A DNA stretch of 64,000 bases, from positions 878 to 64,877 of the forward strand of contig JADDPH010000077.1 in assembly GCA_016781925.1 (NCBI GenBank), given 5' to 3'. The notes under the pieces were generated by a model. It made no database searches, was not told the DNA's origin, and was given only the letters and a program-made list of their open reading frames with translations. This DNA comes from Sphaerobacteraceae bacterium (GTDB taxonomy: Bacteria; Chloroflexota; Chloroflexia; Thermomicrobiales; UBA6265). The position numbers and the translations under genes were made by a program. Positions 1 to 8,975 of this stretch are shown in pieces. Every line of letters starts with the position of its first letter. Positions within the stretch are counted from its first letter, which is position 1.

Positions 1-585
1 GGCATCACTATTCACGATCCTGACAGCCTAACAGCCTTCTTCGGCCCTCGGCTGCTCGAATCGTGTGCTCGTTCCTACCGGCTTGACTCCTAACGAGACG
101 AGGAGGCGGCTATCGTCTTTCGGGAACAGTACGCGAACACGGGGCTGTTCGAGAACGCCGTCTACCCAGACATCCCCGCCCTTCTGTCGCGGCTGCGCGC
201 GGACGGGCAAGTACTGATCTTCGCACCCTCGAAGCCGACAGTGTTTGCGGAGCGCATCCTGAAGCACGTCGCCTTGGCGGGGTACTTCCGCCTGATTGTG
301 GGGAGCAACCTGGACCACACCCACGTCTCCAGGGCGGAGGTGATCCATCACGTTCTGGACGACTGCCCGGACCTCAATGACCAGCGGGTCGTCATGGTTG
401 GCGAGCGAGAACACGACATCAACGGAGACCCCAACAACGGCCGTGACACCATCGCCGGGAGTTTTGGTTCGGGACCTATGGGCGAATTGCTGGCCGTGGG
501 GTCAACCTACCTCGTCCTCTTCGTTAGGGAGTTGGCAGACCTGCTGGAGTGGCAGGGGGAAGGATGCCACCCAGGTTGCTCATGA
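1..585 (+). pseudogene. HAD-superfamily hydrolase (phosphoglycolate-phosphatase-like), 5' end outside window, disrupted
   Basis: Frame 1 reads GITIHDPDSLTAFFGPRLLESCARSYRLDS*RDEEAAIVFREQY...LIFAPSKPTVFAERILKHVALAGYFRLIVGSNLD...VMVGEREHDINGD.... An in-frame TAA at 91-93 lies inside the domain. The expected ATSKP motif reads APSKP, and the expected GDxxHD reads GEREHD. Confidence 0.6.
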
Positions 586-863
586 CCGGGCCAGGAACAA
601 GCATGGCTGAGATCCTGGCCCGCCGCCCGATCCATGCCCCGACTATGATTGGAAGGGCTCGAGCGCATGAAAGCGCATGCAGATCCGAGGAGGATGCAAG
701 CGGGCGGAGCAAGGAGAACCGGAGCCAATGTGATCCGGCGGACTGTGGGGCGGGGACGGTCAAGGAATCAAAAGCGACGCCAGGGGGTACGAAAGTGCCT
801 GACCTGGGACTCAACGGGACGGGGAAACGGTGTTGTCGAGGGTTACGCTAGGTCGTTAGATCA

Positions 864-1229
864 ATGGCAGATCCATCCGAAGCGCGGGAAAGAGAGGGCG
901 AGATCGACCGTCCCCGCATCCTGGTTGCCCACGATTTAGCGATGTATGCCGAGTCGTTGGCCACGATCCTTCCCGAACTTCGTCCCGACCTCCGGGTTCA
1001 CCTTCTCGGTCCGGAAGAGCTGGAGGTGCTGGTCCAGGCCCTCTCACATGCCATCGTGATTTGCCGTCGTCTCACCGCAGTCGTTGCCACCCACTCTTCC
1101 GGCTGGATCCTCTTCCACCCCGACGGAGAAAACGTGCTCGTCGTCGGTGGCAATGGCAGGTCCTACCGGATTGAGAAACCACAGCTCGTCGATGTCCTCG
1201 ATGCCGTCGATGCCCTGATTTCGCAATGA
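864..1229 (+). CDS. hypothetical protein with receiver (CheY)-like N-terminal pattern
   Basis: 121-aa ATG ORF with high third-position GC. RILVAHDLAMYAESLATILPELRPDLRV resembles the start of a receiver domain. No clear SD. Confidence 0.45.
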   Translation: MADPSEAREREGEIDRPRILVAHDLAMYAESLATILPELRPDLRVHLLGPEELEVLVQALSHAIVICRRLTAVVATHSSGWILFHPDGENVLVVGGNGRSYRIEKPQLVDVLDAVDALISQ

Positions 1230-2110
1230 ACCGCGACGCCGCCGCAGCCCGAGGTGGAGAACGGAACCCTCAGGGACAGCCCTCACCTCGAGTGACGCCA
1301 GCGGTCTCCCAGCCGCCCATAACTCACGCGGCCACCACCCGGCCGCTGGCTGAGAGATCCGGATTCCCTATCGCGAGTATGGTTGCCCGTGCCCCTGAGT
1401 ACGCGGCCCCGATCAATCCGGGGCCGTGCATGCTCATGTCGTGTGGCAGTGAAGCCGACTCTACCGGCGACAACCCTACCCGGATGAGTGGCGACGCCGG
1501 TGAAAACGGGGCAGATAGCCACCTGCCGACCGGGGCCGAAGGAGTTTGCCACGCGGGTCACGTGGCCGCGCTTGGCCGGCCTCCACTTGACCGGTAACCA
1601 GTTGAGGGTACGTAGGAGCGTAGGATCGCATCGCAACCTCCTTTGCCGGCGTGGTGCAGGCGTCGACCTCCTGACGGTCCAGGAGACCTCGAATTCAGTA
1701 CCGGCTTGTTCACATGATGAATCCGAACGAGGTTGGCCACATCGGTAAAATGACGTATATGGGAGAACGGATTTAAGCAGTTCTCTAGCAAACATTGACT
1801 CTTGCCGAGCATTTCCCAACTCGGGACCATGTTCTCTGATCGGCGCGGCGTCGGCCGAGAGAATCACGGTCTCCGGGTGGCGTGGAACGATTAGGACACC
1901 GTCCTCCGTGTCATCCGTTCCAGGTCCGCTCCGTCTGCGTCACGCGGCTGACATTGACGACGCCCCGAAGGCGGACACTGGTGCGTACTCCTAGACTGCC
2001 TCCAGCTAGCGGTGGAACGTCAAGGTCGGACGAATCATGGCATCAGGAGTGCTACTTCCCTGCTTCATGCGAGGGCGGTAGTAGGAGCGCCCTCAAAGGA
2101 GGAGCAGCCG

Positions 2111-2290
2111 ATGCTGAATAGGATGACGACCAAGTCCCCTGTTCCGCGGTACCGGGCCCACGTCTCGGGACGCGTCAGCCCGGTCGCGCGTCCGACGCTT
2201 ACCTTCTTTCGCGGCCTGGCCTGGGTACTCCCGTTGAGTCTAGCGCTCTGGGCTGCACTCGTTTGGGTGTTGCAGCGCCTGATTGGCTAG
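2111..2290 (+). CDS. small membrane protein (59 aa), hypothetical
   Basis: The internal ATG at 2111 is preceded by a strong SD (AAAGGAGGAG) 6 nt upstream. C-terminal hydrophobic helix FFRGLAWVLPLSLALWAALVWVL. A hairpin GAGGGCG-N10-CGCCCTC sits just upstream. Confidence 0.5.
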   Translation: MLNRMTTKSPVPRYRAHVSGRVSPVARPTLTFFRGLAWVLPLSLALWAALVWVLQRLIG

Positions 2291-2646
2291 AGGGTCCAAC
2301 GGGCAGGGCGACAGCGGCCCGTGACAGACCTCGAACCGGCCCCCGGATGAGCGACACGTTGCCGGCGGGGACCGCTCGAGTTGGTGCGATCCTTACCCGG
2401 GGCATCGGACGGTTGGGCCGAGGCACGATTTCCGACGACCGTCACGTCATGAACTGATGACCGCGACCCTCGCCCACGCCCACGGGATTCCATGGCCAAC
2501 GGTCGGCAATTCGATGCCGTCAGACCGTTCACGGGTCGCTTGATCGTCCGACAGAGCCGTGCCGCAGAGCGGCGGAGCGATGCCTGCTCCGCCGCAGTCG
2601 GAGTCGACGGTGGCCAGCCCTCCTGATCCCACCGCCCCACGTATGT

Positions 2647-2943
2647 CTAGGTCATTTGCTGGGCCACAGAGCGCAACTGCTCGATCTGCTCGTCGTACCG
2701 GTTCTCGGTGATCGCCCGCACGTCAAAGCTCATCAGGTCCATGTAAGGTTGCAGAAACGCCGTCAACTGCTTCGGGTCGTCATAGTCGACCAGGAGGAAT
2801 CCGGCCCCACCTCCGACCAGGTTGTACCAGCCTCGGATGCGTTCTGGATTGTTCTTGCCGGCGTCGTGTTGCTGCACCACGCGCTGCGCCACCTGAGCCC
2901 GATTCGTTCCAGGGAACCAGGTGAACTGACAATAGAAGAGCAT
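2647..2943 (-). CDS. DUF3303-like small protein
   Basis: 98-aa ORF MLFYCQFTWFPGTNRAQVAQRVVQQHD...GWYNLVGGGAGFLLVDYDDPKQL, matching the pattern I recall for the DUF3303 family. Clean ATG and stop. Confidence 0.75.
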   Translation of the reverse strand: MLFYCQFTWFPGTNRAQVAQRVVQQHDAGKNNPERIRGWYNLVGGGAGFLLVDYDDPKQLTAFLQPYMDLMSFDVRAITENRYDEQIEQLRSVAQQMT

Positions 2944-3570
2944 CTCGGACCTCTCCTTCCTTGCCGCCTACACCCAACTGCTGGTACCACCGTCCTTCAC
3001 CTGCGTCGATGGCACTCTCCTCTTTAGGGACACGGGGCAGGTTGCCTTCTCGACGTTGCAACCTCGTTCGTCCCAGCGTCCGCGCTGCCTCGACCACCGG
3101 CACCGGCGCTCACGCCACCCAGCCTGTCACCAGTCCCGGCCGTCCCGTCCTGTCCCTACCAGTCAGCGGAGTGCAAGAACTGCGCCCTGGTCACCTATCA
3201 CGACCTCCTGCTGATCCCACCCTTCAAGCCGTAGGGAGAGGGCTCGCAGAGCGCGTGCCACCTGCCTACGCAGGGCAACCACTCCACGGCCATCGCGTTC
3301 TAGACGGTTCGTGCCTCGTGGTGTCTGGGAAGCTAGCGCTGCGGACCGAGTTGGTTCAACAGGAGGCTGCTCTGCGGTGCTATGGGGTGTCGCCCGAGCT
3401 TTCTGCGTGCCTACAGTCTCGACCTTCGCTGCCAGCCAATGCCGACGTATCTTGGCTGGTGATGACTCGCTGCTCACCACGCTGTGACCGAAACCCGCAA
3501 GGCGTTTCGCTCGGGGAGAGTAGCTCCCTTCGTCTTCGGGAGCACGCCATGCCGATCGGCGGCACCGTGG

Positions 3571-3705
3571 TTCGATAAGCTTCATGGCTTCCAGGAGCGC
3601 ATCCTCTATCCGGCTGCGCTGCCGACGGAATTTCGTCCGCAGGAAGTGGAACTCGCTGGAGGACGGGTCGAGCCCGGCCAACTCCCACGTCGGTGTCCGC
3701 GACCT
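3571..3705 (-). pseudogene. relic of the C-terminal tail of an M28-peptidase paralog
   Basis: The minus-strand frame reads RTPTWELAGLDPSSSEFHFLRTKFRRQRSRIEDALLEAMKLIE. The end of the intact neighbour (4368-6086) reads RTPPLPGLTEVGQLAALASDGNDFHFLRTKLMRERNRVEHALRAASRVMD. FHFLRTK is identical, and the core is about 80% identical at DNA level. No upstream body of the gene is present. Confidence 0.6.
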
Positions 3706-3871
3706 CGATGAGGACGCCACGGCCATCAGCACGCCAATCTTCGACGACGCGGGCCGGATCGTCGGAGCCGTTGGCGTCACTGCCCCGGCCCTCCCACTCA
3801 CCGAGGCCGAGTTCAGGCGGTCGATCAGCCTCGTCCCCGAAGTGACAGCAACGATCTCCCGGGACCTCGGC
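3689..3871 (+). pseudogene. relic of the C-terminal effector domain of an IclR-family regulator
   Basis: The plus-strand frame reads ...AISTPIFDDAGRIVGAVGVTAPALPLTEAEFRRSISLVPEVTATISRDLG, the typical IclR C-terminal signature (aPvfd..G.vvgAisvsgP..rl). No HTH or N-terminal part is present, and it abuts the M28 relic. Confidence 0.55.
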
Positions 3872-4367
3872 GACCGTCCTGCCCCTGAGACTGGGCCCTC
3901 CCAGCCCAGCGTCCCGCCGGACCGGTCTCGTCATCCCGCAGCGGCTGGATCTGTTGGCGCTTCCCTGCCTGCCGAGGGAATGTCTCCGGGCAGCGAGAGG
4001 AGCCGCTCGGCGTACCTGGCGGCGACAGATCAGTGCAGATCCGGGTTCCGCGGCGCCGATGCCGTCGCGACCTGCGCTGGCATGAATGATCCTCTCTGTC
4101 AGGCCCATCCCGGCGCCAGGGATGTCGGCGGTCGCAAGTGCTCGCCTAGACACGGCGGTCCGGTGGATATCCTCTCCATCCCCGGCGGTCCAACGTTCGC
4201 TGCTGTCGCTGCTCCTCATCCCGGGCGCCGACTCCAGACGAGCCCAGCCAGGCACGGCCTGAAAATATGGAGGGAGTTCGGCTCCATGGTGGAGCGAATT
4301 GCGGCGTCACTAGCGGACAAGTCTGTCGCAGGAGCTGGACGGATCTCCCAGATCCCGTGGCAGCCCG

Positions 4368-6086
4368 TTAGTGGCCGTCCATGACCCGCGAGGCGGCGCG
4401 GAGGGCGTGCTCGACGCGGTTCCGCTCGCGCATCAGCTTCGTGCGCAGAAAGTGAAAATCGTTGCCATCCGAGGCGAGTGCGGCCAATTGCCCAACCTCG
4501 GTGAGGCCCGGCAGCGGCGGGGTCCGGAGGGCAAGGTCGTGCTCGAAGGGGCCGGAGCGGGTGTAGTTGACCGGAATCAGCAGCCGGCAGAGCGCCATCG
4601 TCCGGCGGTTGGCCTCCTCCGCGCTGGATGACCCGGGCTCGCTGGTCCTGACCGCGGCGGCAAGGTCCCGGGCGAGGTCCCGCGTGCCCGCCAGGTCGAG
4701 GGTCCCGCTGGCAGCCTCGTGATAGCGATCAAGGTGCGCCGCCATCTCCTCCGCCGCGGCGGCGGGGTCGAACGGCAGGCGCGACAAGGTGCAGAGCCGC
4801 CAGAGGGTCTCGGCGTAGACCCCGGCGTCGCGGACGAGATGGGCTGGGTCAATCTTGTCGCGGGTGTCCTCGGTGGTGTGCCACCACCAGCCGAGGCCGC
4901 CGCCCTTGCCGCCGCTGCCGAGGAGTTGGGCCAGAGCCGCGCCGGTGGCCGAGTCGTCCCGTTCCTGCTCCGAGAGCGCGGCGAAGACGGTCGGAATCCC
5001 GTGGCCCCAGAACGACTGGTCACTGGAGCGGCTGATCCGCTGGTAATCAAGCTCCACGCCGACCGTGTCGGCCAAGACGCTACGGGCAAAGCCGTGAGTC
5101 TCGGCCATCGTCGGGGCCTCCTCCAGCACCGTCGCGCCGATGGCACCGACCGAGTCGACGTTTACGTGGCAGACGCAGCGCTCATGCAGCTCGTGCCAGA
5201 AGGCATCGGCGTACCAGGCGCTCCCGGCGTAGCGGGCGTGGGAGTGGCCGGACCAGAAGGCCAGGCGGATCCCGCGCCGCAGTTCCCCCCGGCGCTCGGC
5301 CAGGAGGCGGGCCACTTCGAGCTGAGTGGCGTTGGCGGTCCCGTTGTCCATCGCCCCATAGTGCCAGGAATCGACGTGACCGCTGAAGAGGACGAATCCC
5401 TCTTCGACCGTGCCGGGGAGGTCGGCGGTCAGGGTCGGCAGCGTGACCCAGCCCAGGAACGGTTCGGTGATCAGGCGGGCGCGAACTGGCCCCTGCCGAA
5501 GCACTGCCTTGAGCCGCTCGCCGTCCGGGCCGGTGATCCCGACCGCGGGCACGCGGGGAAGAAGCCGGGCCGTCTCGGGCGTCGGCGTGCCCCAGACGGG
5601 GGAGAGGCACATCTCGTGGATGTGCTCGTCATTGACGTGGATCTGGCCCACCGCCCCCGCCGCGGTCGCCGCCAGCGCCTTGGCCGGCATGGCGAGGCCG
5701 TCGGTAAGGACGATCTTGCCCCGGACGTCGAGGTCCGTGTAGTCCTTCGGCTGCCCGGCCCCGGCGTAGGCAAGGTCGGCCGTGATCCCGACCGGTCCGG
5801 TACCAGGACTGAGGGAGTAGCCGTTGACCGTGATGGCGACGGGGTCGGGAGACAGCAACTCCAGGGAGGCGTGGCGGGGATAACCGACCAGGGCATGGCT
5901 CTGGTGCCGGGTGACGAGGTAACCGAAGCCCTGCAGGGCAGAGGCGAGGTAGTCGAAGGCCTCGCCCTCCTCGGGGGTGCCCGAGAGGCGGACGACCCGG
6001 CTGATGGCCCGCAGGTGCCGGTCCAACTCGCTCCCGGAGACCGCCTCGAACAGCGTCGTCACGACTCTGCCTCCCCTCTCACCCAC
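4368..6086 (-). CDS. M28-family metallopeptidase with PA-type insert
   Basis: 572 aa. FSGHVDSWHYGAMDNGTANATQLEVARLL...RLAFWSGHSHARYAGSAWY are M28 zinc-ligand motifs. The antisense 480-aa ORF is a GC-driven shadow. Confidence 0.9.
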   Translation of the reverse strand: MGERGGRVVTTLFEAVSGSELDRHLRAISRVVRLSGTPEEGEAFDYLASALQGFGYLVTRHQSHALVGYPRHASLELLSPDPVAITVNGYSLSPGTGPVGITADLAYAGAGQPKDYTDLDVRGKIVLTDGLAMPAKALAATAAGAVGQIHVNDEHIHEMCLSPVWGTPTPETARLLPRVPAVGITGPDGERLKAVLRQGPVRARLITEPFLGWVTLPTLTADLPGTVEEGFVLFSGHVDSWHYGAMDNGTANATQLEVARLLAERRGELRRGIRLAFWSGHSHARYAGSAWYADAFWHELHERCVCHVNVDSVGAIGATVLEEAPTMAETHGFARSVLADTVGVELDYQRISRSSDQSFWGHGIPTVFAALSEQERDDSATGAALAQLLGSGGKGGGLGWWWHTTEDTRDKIDPAHLVRDAGVYAETLWRLCTLSRLPFDPAAAAEEMAAHLDRYHEAASGTLDLAGTRDLARDLAAAVRTSEPGSSSAEEANRRTMALCRLLIPVNYTRSGPFEHDLALRTPPLPGLTEVGQLAALASDGNDFHFLRTKLMRERNRVEHALRAASRVMDGH

Positions 6087-6808
6087 GATGACGCGCTACC
6101 CCATGATCCTGTCATCAGCGCCAGCCGCTCGGTCTGCACCCCAAGGACGGTAACCGGGTAACCGAGCTTGGTCGCACCGTAGAGTGGGCTTGACTTCGAC
6201 GCCACAGCACTCAGCAGCGTCTTTAGGGCATCCTCGAATCAAGCCACTCCAGAATGCATCGCTCGAAACTGCTGCTGCCAGGTAAGGGAAACGGTCGATC
6301 CGACTGCCCGATCTTACCCTATGCATGGATCCTTTCAGAGGTTCTCCCCAGCGCTATTCAGATCGCGTCCTTGCCCCTGGCGCACCTGCGGTGAGGCCCG
6401 AAATTGGATCGGCTTGCACCAGGCAGCCGGGCGTGCGGTCCAAGGGCTGGCCCCTTGAGGAACGAACCGGGCGGCCTCCTTCGTCACCACCGCGCTGTCC
6501 GACAATCGGCAACGACGGCAACGCGTGGAGCAGGAAATGGCCCAACGGCTGCTCCGATTGGCTCGGAACACGATGGCGTTTGGCCTCCTGTTTGATCGCA
6601 GTGCCCCAGGGCGCGCCGGCACCGCCTCCATGATCTACTCCACATGAAGTGCGGGGCAGGGGCATCAACCTCAACGTCGATGCGGGTCACCGGGGTGCAG
6701 AGCGATCGCCTTGATCCCCAACCGCTCTTGACACGTCTGAAGCGCGCCGACCTGATCACCTACAGGCAGGGGTGACTACGAGGGCCGATGCGGGTTGAGA
6801 ACGGACGT

Positions 6809-8413
6809 CTATACGCCCTTCTTGTTGGTCGTGTGCGGACCGAACTGGTCCGCGGTGGGCTCTGCTCAGCAAAACCAGCTTTCGGTGAGGCGTGGCGGGG
6901 GGCGACGGCGGGTGGTCGGACGTGGAGGCCGAGTCGATACGAGTCCCGCCGCCGCATGGGCCGCCCGCCAGATCTTGCCGAACGTCGCCGTGGCCCGTTC
7001 CTGAGTCTCCGTCGCTTCCTCGACCAGGGCAGAGACGGCGGCGTGGAGCGCATCCATCCTCGGGTCCGGGTGGGCCCAGCGATAGGTGAACGCCTCGGCG
7101 TTGAGTTCGCCAAGCCAGGTCGCACTCGTTGGGTCGCCAAGCAAGGCCGATCCAGGTGGAACGAGAAGACGAATAGCGAGCATGACCGGATCGACGTGGG
7201 CCACGAGATCGCGCTCGGCGACGAAGCGCAGCAGGTCCAGGTAACCGTCAAGGGTTTCCCACGGGGTGAAGGGCAGCAAGGAGGGGCGCATCGGGATTCC
7301 GACCGCATCAAGAAGGTCCAACGCTTCGACCACCCCCGCCCGGCTGTGGCCCTTGTCCAGTTTCCGGAGTACCGCATCGCTCAGGGATTCGACGGCTGAG
7401 ACCACGAAAGCGCAGCCAAGTTCGGCTAGCTCCGGTAGCAGACGGCGGTGTTGCAGCAGATGCTCGATCTTGATCGTCACGTCGAAGGTGACGTCCGGAT
7501 GCTCGGCATGGAGCGCACGGCAGATGCGAAGGCCGTGGCCGGGACCATTGAAGAAGTCGGGATCGCCAAAGGTGAGGTGGCGAGCGCCAGCGGAGATTTG
7601 AGCCCGGGCGTCCGCGAGCACGGTATCCCGTGGGACCACCGTGAAGCGCCCCCCATAGATGGGGGTGATTGGACAGTGACGGCAGGTGTGGTGGCACCCG
7701 CGGGTCGCCTCGACGTACCCGGCCCGCACGATCGTTCCGGTCCGCTCCAGACCGGCGTAGGCGCGTAGCTGCGGCAAGCTGTCGCGCTCCGGGACCAGGA
7801 GGGCGGCAGGCTCCAGCACCGGTGGGGCTGGGCGGTCAACCGTGCCCAGGCCCTGAACCGTGGCAAGGTCGTTCCCTCGGTCCAGGGCAGCCGCGAGGTC
7901 CAGCAGCGGCCGCTCGTACTCGCCGCCGATCACGCTGTCGCCAACGCCGGTAACACCAAGCAGGTAGCTGGCGTTAAGCGTTGCGTAGAGTCCGTAGAAG
8001 CAGACGTGGGCATCGGGGTTCGTCGCCCGAACGCGAGCGGCGATTCGTGCTCCGAGCCGCAAGGCGGTGTGCATCGGCACCGAGATCGCCACCAACCGAG
8101 CGGCGCGGATCGTGGCATCCTCAAGTGACTCGACCGACGTGTCGACCGTGACGGGCGCGAAGCCGGCTTGGCGCAGCGACGCCAGCGGAGAGGCAAGGCT
8201 GAGCGGCTGATGCCCGAGTTCATAGCAGGAGATCAGCAGGATGGCGCCGGGGTCCGTGACGGCGCGAGGTGGGGCAACAGCGAGGGGAGTGCTGACCAAG
8301 GACATGCTCCTGGGAATAATCCCGGTCGGTCTCCCCGCCCGGGTAGGGTCAAACCTATAATCCAGGTCGGTGGCCCGGCGCAACGTCCTCACGGACTGAG
8401 CCACGACGGGCAC
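6809..8413 (-). CDS. B12-binding-domain/radical SAM selenoprotein with C-terminal Cys-Sec-Ala-Glu-Pro tail (TGA 6866-6868 = Sec)
   Basis: N-terminal ILLISCYELGHQPLSLASP (cobalamin-binding-like) and radical SAM CxxxCxxC = CHHTCRHC. The ORF track stops at TGA after ...LTESWFC, but the frame continues AEPTADQFGPHTTNKKGV to TAG at 6809-6811. A SECIS-like hairpin follows. The start is uncertain (GTG 8413, GTG 8404 or ATG 8305). Confidence 0.8.
6835..6853 (-). promoter_or_regulatory. SECIS-like recoding hairpin
   Basis: The mRNA forms GCGGACC-AGUUC-GGUCCGC, a perfect 7-bp stem. It starts 12 nt after the UGA, the loop starts 19 nt after the UGA, and G is at loop position 2. Confidence 0.6.
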
Positions 8414-8435
8414 AACCCTCCAAGGAGACGGCGCC

Positions 8436-8975
8436 GTGCGACCAGCCTACCTCACCGGTGACCGCATCTACCTGCGGCCCCTCCTGTCGGGAGATGCCGA
8501 GCAGGCCACGGCCTGGTTCGAGAGCCCCTTCCCTATCAACAGCACGCGTGCCGCCGCGTTTCTTTTGGAGGCGCATACCCAGGCGTGGGGGGAAGCGGAT
8601 CCATTGCACCTTGCCGTCGTGAGACTGGACGATGAGGTGATCGTCGGCAGCACCATGGTCAAGGGGCATTCCGGGCCCCACGGGAGGGTTCGAGTCCGCG
8701 CTGCGCCCTGGTTGTCTGCCGAGGAGGCCGAGGCGCTGCACGCCGAGACCCTCAGTCTGGTCGTCCCGTGGCTGCGGGACGAGTTGGAGTTGATGACCGT
8801 GACTGTCGATATCGCCGCCGACGAACCGGCCTCCCTCGCCGCGGCAACGGCGCTCGGCATGATCCTCGGCGTTCGCCTCCGGGAGCACCAGGTGCGACCG
8901 GGTGGCCGGGTCGACCTCCTCCAGTTCCAGGCCCTCAACCCGAACCGCCGCGTGCCGGAGGGTGGGGATGCGTAA
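8436..8975 (+). CDS. GNAT-family N-acetyltransferase (RimJ/RimL-like)
   Basis: 179 aa. GTG start 8 nt after AAGGAG. N-terminal DRIYLRPL and a RimL-like layout. Confidence 0.8.
   Translation: MRPAYLTGDRIYLRPLLSGDAEQATAWFESPFPINSTRAAAFLLEAHTQAWGEADPLHLAVVRLDDEVIVGSTMVKGHSGPHGRVRVRAAPWLSAEEAEALHAETLSLVVPWLRDELELMTVTVDIAADEPASLAAATALGMILGVRLREHQVRPGGRVDLLQFQALNPNRRVPEGGDA

Noticed and set aside
2454-2460. CTGATGA, a hammerhead ribozyme core-like string
   Set aside because: There is no matching GAAA element or three-stem arrangement nearby. It is a chance occurrence.
3484-3711. Plus-strand frame that could be read as the middle of an IclR regulator (…AALPTEFRPQEVELAGGRVEPG…)
   Set aside because: The same DNA on the minus strand gives a much stronger match (FHFLRTK... 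14/20 identical, about 80% at DNA level) to the tail of the neighbouring M28 peptidase. The IclR-like reading of this part is coincidental, and only 3689-3871 is kept as the IclR relic.
4719-6161. 480-aa plus-strand ORF
   Set aside because: It lies antisense to the clearly recognisable M28 peptidase gene. The translation is Arg/Gly/Pro/Ala-rich with no motifs, a typical GC-rich shadow ORF.
8687-8697. GGTTCGAGTCC, a tRNA T-loop-like string
   Set aside because: The flanks do not form a T-stem or acceptor stem, and it lies inside a well-supported GNAT coding frame.
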